From positions 3,552,001 to 3,616,000 of the forward strand of contig OZ252149.1 in the NCBI GenBank assembly GCA_965248755.1: DNA of 64,000 bases, written 5' to 3'. Below, piece by piece: positions 39,181-48,435 of this stretch. Positions within the stretch are counted from its first letter, which is position 1. Each line of letters begins with the position of its first letter. The position numbers and the translations under genes were made by a program. The notes under the pieces are model-generated. The model had not been told where the DNA came from. It did no database searches and saw nothing but the letters and a program-made list of their open reading frames with translations. The stretch is from Candidatus Latescibacterota bacterium (lineage in GTDB: Bacteria; Latescibacterota; CBDEFO01).

Positions 39181-40800
39181 TCACAACGAAAGACGGTCAA
39201 GGATGTTCCGTGTGACCCGTTCGACCACTTTGTCCCCACCGCGAAGTCCATTTGCCCACGAGGTGCAACCCACGGTAACCACCGTGCCGCCGCGGCTGTA
39301 GGTTCCGAGCACCGCCGCACCTGGGTAGGGGTGAGGTTCGCCCCCCTCCGGGTGCAGCGTCTCATTCACCAATTCGATGGAGTCGTCATAATCGGTCAGT
39401 CCTGCCGGTGCTGTGCCGAGAATCTGAAACGTCTCCGGTGTACCGTCGCGCTGTGTGGGAATGGGCAGTCCATCTTGAAGCTCGAACTCGCATCCGTCAC
39501 ATTCGTAGCTGACTATACTGTCCTGAACGCCCAGGAGGTCATGTAGTTTCAGACCGGTCCCCTCAAAGATCCAATGATCGGGACGATGTATTGTGTATGC
39601 GCCGGGCTCGTCCACAAACTGGTCAAAAAAGCCTGCATAACCTCCGTAGGCAAAGCTGACACCGGTCAGGTAATTCTCGGGTCGATTGATGAGGCGGTGG
39701 CACCAGAGCGTGCTGAGCTGTCTATGGTCACCAGTTTGATAAACAGGGTCTTGTCTATAGGCTCTCTTCCAGCAGACCAGTGCTCTGCCGTTGTCTTGGC
39801 TGCGCACCTGCCACCACATCACATTTCCGCTGAAAAAGGCCACGTTTCCGCCGGCAGCGATGTACGACTCAAGGTGATCCCGCATAGACGATGACCAGTA
39901 CTCGTCGTGTCCTACACTCAGCACCAGGCGGTAGTGCTCAAGAATATCGTGGTGGAATTCAAGGTCCCCGTTGATTGCGAAGTCAAGCGAATACCCGGCT
40001 TGCTCGGCCCAGGCTACGAACGGCTGCTCCCAGTTGCGCCATCCAGCCCCCCAGAATGTTGTGCCGTCATAGACGTGAAGCTGCCCTTCCTGAAGCTTCA
40101 CATGGTAGGCTGCAGGACCCGTGCCCAGGTTATCATCAATCCTCCAATGTCTGCCCGGTTCGACCGTCGTGATGCTACCGTGCGTTGAAAGCCTGATGCC
40201 GGGGACGTTGTACGCTGCCATCTGTTTCCGGAACTCCTCTTGAAGGCGCTCGGAGACATTTCGACCTTCTAAGAGCTCCTGACGCTCTTCATCCATACGA
40301 AATAGGAGCAGTCCATCTACGCCGGGAAGGCCTGCATACGGGCGTTCGAAGGAGACTCGGTTTCCTGGTCCGTCGGGCCCTCGATAGAGACTTGAGCCGC
40401 CCCATGTGTTGTAAGCGTTGTATGTGTTCGTGGTTAATTGGATAAGGATAGGGGCATCGCGGCCGGGATGGGGTGACCGCACCACGAAGAACGCCTGTCC
40501 TTCGGAAGTGGATCCATCCCTGCCTGTCGCTTGCATGATCACACTGTAATAGCCTGAGGGCCAATCCACGGGTACAGATATTTCTTTGGCCCCAGGCCAT
40601 TGACACCCATGCGTCGATGCGTTGCAGGGGACAGGATGTTGTGCTCCGGTCAGGCCGTCTTGTGTCCAGACGACGTGTCTCTGTGCTCCCACACGAGCGA
40701 TCTGGATCGAGTAGGCATCCGCATTCGTAGAGATGTGGAATCCGATCCGTTCCCCGGCCTTTACGCTTAACGGCCAGACATAGCCTTTGATCCGGAGCAT
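39181..40800 (-). CDS. N,N-dimethylformamidase beta-subunit-like protein
   Basis: TYNAYNTWGGSSLY, VSFERPY, SVGHDEYWS, FFSGN, YECDG. Confidence 0.8.
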   Translation of the reverse strand: MLRIKGYVWPLSVKAGERIGFHISTNADAYSIQIARVGAQRHVVWTQDGLTGAQHPVPCNASTHGCQWPGAKEISVPVDWPSGYYSVIMQATGRDGSTSEGQAFFVVRSPHPGRDAPILIQLTTNTYNAYNTWGGSSLYRGPDGPGNRVSFERPYAGLPGVDGLLLFRMDEERQELLEGRNVSERLQEEFRKQMAAYNVPGIRLSTHGSITTVEPGRHWRIDDNLGTGPAAYHVKLQEGQLHVYDGTTFWGAGWRNWEQPFVAWAEQAGYSLDFAINGDLEFHHDILEHYRLVLSVGHDEYWSSSMRDHLESYIAAGGNVAFFSGNVMWWQVRSQDNGRALVCWKRAYRQDPVYQTGDHRQLSTLWCHRLINRPENYLTGVSFAYGGYAGFFDQFVDEPGAYTIHRPDHWIFEGTGLKLHDLLGVQDSIVSYECDGCEFELQDGLPIPTQRDGTPETFQILGTAPAGLTDYDDSIELVNETLHPEGGEPHPYPGAAVLGTYSRGGTVVTVGCTSWANGLRGGDKVVERVTRNILDRLSL

Positions 40801-41119
40801 GCCTTCTTGAATGCTATACGTGAACCCACCCTCCTTCTTTCAATTCTCCGGGGTCAGTGCAGGTGGCATTGACCCACATGTGCGGAGCACGGTTGACATG
40901 GCGGGCTGCCATCGTTTCAGATACAGTGTTGCCGATCCTGACAGGAGCATCCAAGTCACTATGCCTGTCTCCACCTAAAAGTTCACCGAATAGTGAGCAG
41001 GACAAATCCCAATGGGATAGTCCACTGCGGGTGCGACTGTATCATCTGTATTATTCTTCAGCAGAGATACAATTGTTGCGATACTATCGGCCACACCTAA
41101 ATATGGTGCGCTACACAGC

Positions 41120-41902
41120 TTATTCGTCCAAGACCTCATCGAACTCGTGACTGCCGCGGTCGAGTACGTCCTTGAGAGCGAAATCGCCGCCATAGCTCAG
41201 GAACTGGGCTCCTAATTCCCGGTATTGGGCTATTTTCTCAGGCGTGGGGGCCGGCATGCCCCAGGCTTTATCGTGTCTGCGAGCGGCCTCGGCAACCGTG
41301 GGGATGGCATCCTCAAGGGTGATCGGCGGCCCGTCCGTCTTCTGTCTGAGACGCAGTCCCAGATCGGCCGGCCCTACAAAGAGGACGTCTATTCCCGGTA
41401 CGGCTGCTATTTCATCCACATTTTCGAGGGCCTCCCTCGTCTCGATCTGCAGAACTACGAAGGTTTCCTGGTTGGCGTCAGTAGTGTAGGTGCTGTCAGG
41501 ACGCCAGACTTCAAAGCCGAAGTCTGCATCGAGACCCGCTCCATCCAGGCCGCGGTTACCGAGGGGCGGGAACTTCACAGCGGTTACGATGCTCCGAGCG
41601 ATATCCACATCCGAGGCAAAGGGGATCATCACACCGGCGGCCCCGTCCTCCAGGTAGCGATAGAGGTGAGTACGACTCACGCTCGGTGAACGCACCATGC
41701 AGTCTATATCGTTGGCGTGACACATCGCCAGCAGGGACTGAACCTCGCGGGCAGACATTGCGCGGTGTTCCAGGTCCAGCCAGATGACATCGTAGTTGAA
41801 ATGGGCCGCATGACGTACAAAAAACGGCAAGTAATGCCCCAAGTTGCAGACTCGGGCACATCTTCCCTCACGAAATTTCTTGAGCGCTTTGCTTTTTCTC
41901 AT
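41120..41902 (-). CDS. HpcH/HpaI aldolase family protein
   Basis: WLDLEH, KFPPLGNRG, QIET, LFVGPADL. Confidence 0.9.
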   Translation of the reverse strand: MRKSKALKKFREGRCARVCNLGHYLPFFVRHAAHFNYDVIWLDLEHRAMSAREVQSLLAMCHANDIDCMVRSPSVSRTHLYRYLEDGAAGVMIPFASDVDIARSIVTAVKFPPLGNRGLDGAGLDADFGFEVWRPDSTYTTDANQETFVVLQIETREALENVDEIAAVPGIDVLFVGPADLGLRLRQKTDGPPITLEDAIPTVAEAARRHDKAWGMPAPTPEKIAQYRELGAQFLSYGGDFALKDVLDRGSHEFDEVLDE

Positions 41903-42030
41903 TGTTATCTTCCTTTATGTCCATCTACAGATCTTGATTCACCTTGAAGTCTTCAATGATAACATCCACTTCTCTGATAGACTTCAGCCGGCTTGTGGTG
42001 GGTTATGTGTGCTGCTTATCCTTGTACGGC

Positions 42031-42078
42031 ATCGGAGATTAAGAATCTGCGATTAAGAATCGGAGATTATGATCGAGA
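42031..42078. repeat. 14-bp tandem repeat (about 3.5 copies)
   Basis: ATCGGAGATTAAGA ATCTGCGATTAAGA ATCGGAGATTATGA. Confidence 0.75.
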
Positions 42079-42130
42079 TCCGCCGTATCGGACGCTGATT
42101 TCTCCTGAGTTCCCATTGTTCGGATGGCAA

Positions 42131-42355
42131 GTCGCACAACTATAATGGTGTTGCCAAGAGGTCTTGAGTCCTGCCAGACGGACTCCAATGGAAGATAAGG
42201 CAGGAAATAGTGGATGTCAATAAGATTCTTCAGTCGAAAGTCTTTCCAAACTACTCACTTTAGTTAAAATGGGCACTTTTGTAAATGACCAAAGACACAG
42301 CCCGTCATTGATGTCTGACGGGCTGTGTATTCAATGCTCTATGAGCTTTTGTGGA
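42131..42355 (-). promoter_or_regulatory. Promoter + attI-like module, copy A
   Basis: TTGACA-N17-TATCTT (42220-42192), then GTTGTGCGAC 51 nt downstream. Homologous to 42990-43208. Confidence 0.6.
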
Positions 42356-42374
42356 AATTTGTCTAAATGTCAGT

Positions 42375-42999
42375 AGCTAGCGTCCATGTTGAACAAATTG
42401 TTAGGTGACTTATAGTGGGTTCCTAAACGTAAGCGCAAGTTCGATCGCAAGCTGCAGATAACGCCTAGTTTGTCTGTTTGTGGGCTGGAAATCTCTCGCG
42501 TGGGCAGCTTCATTCCGAAGTACTCTTAGATCCTCGAAGAGCGGAAGAACCGTCTTGGCGTAATTACCTGTATTAATCAGGGAAATTGCTAATTTAAAAG
42601 GTGGAGCTCTACGGTTAACATCGACATCATATCTTGCGGCTGCCTCAATTAAGGCAGTCTCAACTTCGATCCAAGCTTCGAGAAGTGCAGCTCGCGGTGA
42701 TTCCTCAGATATGCGAAGTAACTGAGCGTATCTCTGATCATATGGTGATGGATAAATTGGTTCTTTGTGGGTTAGCTGTCGCTGTTTGGTTCCTTCGAGC
42801 GCTTGTTCCGCTTCTGCCTCAGCTGAAGCGAGCCCTCGCTCGAACTTAGCCTCTAGGTCTTTGTACTTAAGCTGACTCACACGTCCAAATAAGTCGCGTA
42901 TTTCCCCACGAAATAAATAGCCCAGCCAGATCACAACGATCGGCCAAGCTAGAGATTTGATTAACTGAACTACTAGATCCATGGAGGCAGTCACCTAAC
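42375..42999 (-). mobile_element. Integron-type gene cassette with truncated attC
   Basis: Begins GTTAGGTGAC 7 nt before the ATG. The stop is followed directly by the complement GTCACCTAAC and attC-like AATTTGTTCAACATGGACGC. Confidence 0.72.
42410..42982 (-). CDS. Hypothetical protein, N-terminal membrane anchor plus helical (HEPN/DUF4145-like) domain
   Basis: SLAWPIVV...SPRAALLEAWIEVE...LRVLRNEAAH (RxxxxH-like). Confidence 0.75.
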   Translation of the reverse strand: MDLVVQLIKSLAWPIVVIWLGYLFRGEIRDLFGRVSQLKYKDLEAKFERGLASAEAEAEQALEGTKQRQLTHKEPIYPSPYDQRYAQLLRISEESPRAALLEAWIEVETALIEAAARYDVDVNRRAPPFKLAISLINTGNYAKTVLPLFEDLRVLRNEAAHARDFQPTNRQTRRYLQLAIELALTFRNPL

Positions 43000-43208
43000 T
43001 TTGTGTGTTTGCGAAGTGTTGAAGGCATACAGACAGACTGCAGGGGAAGATAAGAAAGAAAATAGTGGATGTCAATGAAAATTTTTCAATCCAAAACCAT
43101 TGTAGACTGCCCACTTTGTCTAAAGTGAGCAGTCTTGTAAATGACCAAAGATAGAATCGTCATTGCCGTCTAATGGATATATTTTAAATACGCTGTGAGC
43201 TTTTGTGA
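42990..43208 (-). promoter_or_regulatory. Promoter + attI-like module, copy B
   Basis: TTGACA-N17-TATCTT (43075-43047), then GCAAACACACAAA-GTTAGGT 47 nt downstream. Confidence 0.65.
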
Positions 43209-43331
43209 AGAAGGGCTCAGAAGCTTATCTCATCAAGCCCGCGCTCGCGCCACTGGAACTGGTGGTCAAGCTGGTGGCGTGCCAGTCCAGGAATTCGAGA
43301 GAAATCTCGTGGACTTCGATCTGGGTGACCT

Positions 43332-44450
43332 TTATTGCCTGTTCCTTGTAGTGAAGCGGGACGCTCTGACCTGCGCTAATCCGTCAATCTCGGCATAGTA
43401 AGTCAGGAGTACAGTCCCGTCCGGCAAGGCGGTCAGATCCGGGGTGCCGAAGGTGAATCCGGGCAGGGCGTCCCACACGCTGTCCTTCTGATTCTGGTCG
43501 CCCACCTGCAGGGGCTGGGCCAGCATTCGCTTTTGATCCGCGTCCCACATCTGCAGGGACTCCTCCACCGGCCAGGTCTCCCCTCTGTCGCGTGACTGCC
43601 AGAGGCGGATACCCTGGGGAGGCCAGCGGTAATTGCTGGCCGCTAGTACGGTGTCGCCAGCTACGACCAGTGGCGCCGTGATCTGGCCCAGGTGGCCGAC
43701 TGGACGGGCTTTAGACCAGGTGCGGCCCTGGTCGTCGGACACAGAGCGGTGCACCTCTACGGTCTGCTCGTCGCTCTGGCGGAAGGTCCATAGCAGGGCC
43801 AGCATCTGGCCGTCGTCAAATAGGGCGAAACGGGCATCGCACAGGCTCAGCTGAGCGGTGGGATCGAAGACGCAGTCGTGCACCGGTTCGAGGGACTCCC
43901 CGTGGTCGGAGGAGAAGCTGGCGCACATGCCTAACTGGCCGCCTTCGTGGGGGCGCTCCCCGGGAATGAAGATCCGGCAGTCAGGCAGGAGCAGGGGTTT
44001 GGAGGCGCCGAAGGGTTTGCCAACAGTGGCTTCATCCACGTACTTGCATGGGTTCCACGAGCGGCCGCCATCCGTGCTCCTGGCCAGGGCTAACAGGCGG
44101 CGCTGAGTAAAGCCTTCCTCACTGAAGATGTAGACATCCGGTCTGGTGACCTCCACGATTCCAATGACAGCTAACAACGAACCGTCGCCGCACTTGCAGA
44201 GACCCCCGCTGACGGCCGCCTGAGGCGGATTCAGGTGTTGTCCCGCAACTACAGTCACTGGATCGGACCAGGTCCTTCCCAGATCGGTCGAGCGCTGTGA
44301 CACCAGGACGCCGTCGTAGGAGTGCTTCTGCTGCCCGCGCCGGTAGAGGCAGACGATGGAGCCGTCGGCGCCCAGCGTGGTCAACGGGTAGGCGCAGGTG
44401 AGCTCCCCGGAAGGCGAAACCCTCCGGTCGTGAAGGACTTCAACTTGCAT
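43332..44450 (-). CDS. BNR/Asp-box sialidase-like protein
   Basis: Repeated SxDxGxTW boxes (STDLGRTW, STDGGRSW, SDDQGRTW, SRDRGETW). Confidence 0.88.
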   Translation of the reverse strand: MQVEVLHDRRVSPSGELTCAYPLTTLGADGSIVCLYRRGQQKHSYDGVLVSQRSTDLGRTWSDPVTVVAGQHLNPPQAAVSGGLCKCGDGSLLAVIGIVEVTRPDVYIFSEEGFTQRRLLALARSTDGGRSWNPCKYVDEATVGKPFGASKPLLLPDCRIFIPGERPHEGGQLGMCASFSSDHGESLEPVHDCVFDPTAQLSLCDARFALFDDGQMLALLWTFRQSDEQTVEVHRSVSDDQGRTWSKARPVGHLGQITAPLVVAGDTVLAASNYRWPPQGIRLWQSRDRGETWPVEESLQMWDADQKRMLAQPLQVGDQNQKDSVWDALPGFTFGTPDLTALPDGTVLLTYYAEIDGLAQVRASRFTTRNRQ

Positions 44451-44665
44451 GGTTGTTTCCTTTCTTTAAGTCCTGAGCGCCTCTTGGGGCCAAGCCTCTG
44501 TGCACACAGGCATCTATTTTTACCCTGGCTAAGTCTTGCATGTCAAGAGTTCCTCTGGGGAAGAAGGCTCCCAAGCTCCTCAGTTCCCACAGCTTCTGCA
44601 TTATGTGTTCCATGTAAGCGACTAGGTAAGCAACTGGATCGGCGTCAGTGCGATTCAGCCGTGAT

Positions 44666-45549
44666 TTAATTAGGAGGGAGACTCTGACCCTTGAGAGGGA
44701 GACTCTGACCCTGTCCTTTGCGGGCAATGGACTTTTCCAGCGCCTCCAGAACCGCCAGCAGTGCCAGCAGGATCTCCGCGGTCTGATCAGTTTTGCCGGT
44801 CCTGAACATCCGCACAAAGGAGCGAACTCCTGGAAGAAACATGCTCCCGTCAGGATCAATGCTCCGGTCGATGCGGCCTTTCTGGCCGATGAAGCTCAAA
44901 TGGAAAGCTGTCCCCCTCCCGATCAGGTTCATGGTGGCCAGCTTTCCGTCTTTGAAGGCCAGAGTGGCCACGTGATGTTTCCCGGTCCCTCTGCCGATTT
45001 GTGCATGGGTCACCTCGCGTCCGACCAGTTCCAGGATCATCTCCACCTGGTGGATACCGTAGAAGAAGATTCCTCCGTGCTTGGACTTGATGTCGCAGGG
45101 TCCGGTGGAGACCACTGCGTATATCTCTCCCAGCTTGCGCACCTGCTTTCTCAAATCCAAAAAGGAGGACTGCAAGGGCCTCACCGAATAGGAGCAGATT
45201 GGCACCCCCTGTTGGGCTGCCACGCCAGGAAGCGCTTGGCCTCGGACCTGGTACAGCAGAACGGCTTGTCGATGAAGAGCGGCATCCCGGCTTCCAGTAG
45301 GGGCCTGGCCGCTTGCAAGTGGTACTTCCCGTGGACGTGGGCCGCCAGAGCGGCGTCTACCACCCCGATCAAGTCCTTGGGCTCCTTAACGATATGGGGA
45401 ATCTGGCCGTCTGCCGCCGCCGCCCGCGCCTGAGAAGCAGTTTCCCCCCATACATGGTTCACCCGCACCCCGCGGATTCTCTTCCCCACGTTTATCAATC
45501 GGGCGAACGCCACGGTATGAGCGTCCCCGACAACGCCGATGTTCAACAT
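44666..45549 (-). pseudogene. Gfo/Idh/MocA oxidoreductase, frameshifted near 45222
   Basis: MLNIGVVG...LFIDKPF in one frame; continues as AAQQGVPICSYS...FYGIHQVE in another. Confidence 0.75.
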
Positions 45550-45868
45550 GCTCAACTTCCAAGTACATCCTGCCCCAAGCCTACGCAAGTACGAAGTCTG
45601 GTTGTAGTCTATACCCCGGATGCAAAGGGGGTCCAGTCCTGCCCTGCAGCAGAAATGTAAATGTAAGATGGAATCTTCGTCACCATCCGTATGTGTAGAC
45701 CTTACCGGCAGGTCTCCGCTTGAACCCCGATTTAACTGGGGCTGGGGGATCAATCAAGCTGACGGCTCAGGCCTGGACTATTCTTTAAGCTTATGATTTT
45801 AGGCTCCCATGACTGTCCCCGACAGGGAGCCTGGCGCAGGCTTTAGTCCCTCTCAAGGCAGAGCGAGA

Positions 45869-46789
45869 TCAAGCCGAGACCACTTCTAAGATCCTCTTAA
45901 TCTTGTTTACTTCCTCGTCTGCAAGAGGCAGGAAAGGCCTTTTAACTGTGGGGCCGCAGATCCCAAGGCAAGAAAGAGCCGCTTTAACTCCGCCGATAGC
46001 CGATCCAGATGTCAACGTTCCAGAGACCTGTAGGATATCAAAGGCAGTCATCAACTTGTCCTGCAGAAGAGATGCCTTCTGGATGTCGCCGGCAGATGCC
46101 GCCTCATATATCTCCACAGACAGCTTTGGCGCCACATTATTTGCGGTCATCACCGCTCCATCCGCACCTAAAAGAATGCTGGCAGCAAGTTGAGACTCCT
46201 CCCCCTGGAAGACCTTGAAATCTTGCGAACCTCTAAACATTCGCAGCAGCTCCTGAAACTGCTCGAAGTCGTTGCTGCTGTCCTTTATCCCTACAATCCT
46301 GTCCTCCTCGGCTAATTGCCCAACAAAGTCTGGCGTCATGTTAAAATTCGTGGTAAATGGGTAGTTATACATGAATATCGGCAAATCCACGGCTGACAGA
46401 ACATCCCTGAAATGGCTTATCACCTCGGGCGCTGTATGCGTAAAATAGTATGGCACCATGAGAATGATGGCATCTGCCCCTGAGTCTGCGGCGATCCTGG
46501 CATTTTCTATCGTCTTTTTGGTGCCGATATCAGTTACGTTTGCCATGACCGGAACCTTGCCGCTTACTTCATCCACTACGACCTCTATGATCCGTTGTCG
46601 CTGAGCGGTCGTGAAGGTCGCAGACTCCCCAGTTGTCCCCAGCACGAAGAGTCCATGCACTCCAGCATCCAATAGATACCGAATCAAGCGTCTCATTCCC
46701 TGCTCATCAAATTCCTCATCCTCTGTAAGTGCTGTGGCTATGGGTGGATAAATCCCCTTCAACCTCGCTTTAAATTCTTCTAAATTCAT
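45869..46789 (-). CDS. Dihydrodipicolinate synthase / N-acetylneuraminate lyase family aldolase
   Basis: LGTTGES, MYNYP, VGIKDSS. Confidence 0.92.
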   Translation of the reverse strand: MNLEEFKARLKGIYPPIATALTEDEEFDEQGMRRLIRYLLDAGVHGLFVLGTTGESATFTTAQRQRIIEVVVDEVSGKVPVMANVTDIGTKKTIENARIAADSGADAIILMVPYYFTHTAPEVISHFRDVLSAVDLPIFMYNYPFTTNFNMTPDFVGQLAEEDRIVGIKDSSNDFEQFQELLRMFRGSQDFKVFQGEESQLAASILLGADGAVMTANNVAPKLSVEIYEAASAGDIQKASLLQDKLMTAFDILQVSGTLTSGSAIGGVKAALSCLGICGPTVKRPFLPLADEEVNKIKRILEVVSA

Positions 46790-46841
46790 TGGTTACACCT
46801 CCCAATCGTTAATATCTCTCAGATCTCTGTATTTCGGTGCG

Positions 46842-46860
46842 ATATCCGACGTTCGGATAT
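46842..46860. promoter_or_regulatory. Candidate transcription-factor operator
   Basis: Perfect palindrome ATATCCGA-CGT-TCGGATAT about 55 nt upstream of the DHDPS-family gene. Confidence 0.5.
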
Positions 46861-47110
46861 GCAGCCTTCTGCTGAAAGATCACTGCCGGTGTCTCAGCAT
46901 TTTAGCCCTTGAATTTCAGTTCTCAGAACTTTAAGTTTATGTAAACTCCTGCACCAAAGGCCATTCGATTTCTGGCTTAGTTAATGCCGATTTTCGACCC
47001 CTTCGAAGAGCGTTTGGGCCAGGCGTTGAACTCGTTCTTGCCTGCCTCAATTCCATCTATAGACAGCGAAGCCAACACGCCCTATTTGTCTGTCGAACAT
47101 GTTCTTCCTC

Positions 47111-48340
47111 TTATTCCGGGGTCTCAAACTTCAGGCGTAGAATCTTGTCATCGTTTGGACGCAATTCGGCTCGTCCATCGGTGTTGCTGGTCAAAACGTA
47201 GAGATGGCCGTCCGGTCCAACGGTCACGTCACGCAGACGTCCGTAGATTCCGTTCTTCGGGTCGCGAGCAAACCAACGTTCGATATTCGTCACCTTGTAG
47301 TCTTCGTTATCGTCCTCAAACTGGATACGAATCAGTGCTTGACTTCGCAACGTGGCAACGAAGAGGTCTCCGCGGTAAAAGGTCATGCCGGCGGGAGGGA
47401 CAGAGGCTTTTTTCCACATCGCGATGGGATCCCGGTATTCAGCGATGCGAGGCGCGCCGACGACATTGGGCCAGCCGTAGTTGGCCCCTTTCTCAACGAT
47501 GTTGATCTCGTCGCGGTGTATGACGCCCGGCCATTCACCAGATGGTCCGTGTTCTGAGTTAAACATTACGTCCGTTTCGGGATCCCAGGCCAGGCCCTGG
47601 ACAACACGGTGTCCATAGGTAAAGATCGGGGAGCCTGGGAAAGGGTTATCTTCCGGAATCTGGCCTTCCGGTGTGATGCGAAGAATCTTTCCTGCCCATG
47701 AGTGGAGATCCTGGGAGAGCGGCTGGTTCCAGAGATCGCCAGTCCCGATATAGAGCATCCCATCTGGGCCGAATCCGATCCTGCCGCCAATGTGAATATT
47801 GTGACCAGGTATGTTGTCCAGAATAACGCTCTCAAGAGCACCCGTATCACCGTGATGGAGCAGGCGAATGACACGATTGACCAGTTGCTCATCCTTTTGA
47901 TAGGTATGCATAGCGTAAATGTAGGGATGCTGTGTAAATTGGGGATGCAGGGCCAATCCCATGAGTCCCGCATCGGCGACGTGGGCTACTTCATCGAGCT
48001 TGATGTAAAGCTGCGGCTGGCTCTCCCCACGGGGAATACGTTGAATCTGCCCGCGTCGCTCCGAAACAAGGGCATCGCCGTTTGGCAGGAAAACAAGTGA
48101 CCAGGGGATCTGCAGGTTCTGCACCCAGGTTTTGACGCTGACCCCTTCCACTTCTGGGTGGAAAACATCGGCCACGGTCTGCGGCACTTCTCCCCGGATG
48201 GGGTCACCGGAAACGCTGCTGGATAGGGACAGCGCTACCACGATAGCCACAACGTGCTGGAAGATGCTCCTGATTGATCCCCGATTGAGTCTATAGGGGG
48301 ACGGGGACAAGCGTGGGAAGTTGAGAAAACCTTTTTTCAT
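47111..48340 (-). CDS. PQQ-dependent sugar dehydrogenase (GSDH family)
   Basis: PWSLVFLP, GLMGLALHP, HIGGRIGFGPDG, EHGP, GRLRDV. Confidence 0.9.
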   Translation of the reverse strand: MKKGFLNFPRLSPSPYRLNRGSIRSIFQHVVAIVVALSLSSSVSGDPIRGEVPQTVADVFHPEVEGVSVKTWVQNLQIPWSLVFLPNGDALVSERRGQIQRIPRGESQPQLYIKLDEVAHVADAGLMGLALHPQFTQHPYIYAMHTYQKDEQLVNRVIRLLHHGDTGALESVILDNIPGHNIHIGGRIGFGPDGMLYIGTGDLWNQPLSQDLHSWAGKILRITPEGQIPEDNPFPGSPIFTYGHRVVQGLAWDPETDVMFNSEHGPSGEWPGVIHRDEINIVEKGANYGWPNVVGAPRIAEYRDPIAMWKKASVPPAGMTFYRGDLFVATLRSQALIRIQFEDDNEDYKVTNIERWFARDPKNGIYGRLRDVTVGPDGHLYVLTSNTDGRAELRPNDDKILRLKFETPE

Positions 48341-48435
48341 CGGAGGAACCTCCATTTCAACATTTGCCAGGATTTTCTTAAGAGTCAGCCCTCTAAATGT
48401 TGAGGGTTATTTTGGTATTCCGTCCTTATCTCACC

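Noticed and set aside
38471..39301. Long antisense ORFs (also 44648-45433, 48457-49257, 55776-56453)
   Set aside because: They are shadow frames opposite well-supported GC-rich genes and have no independent motifs.
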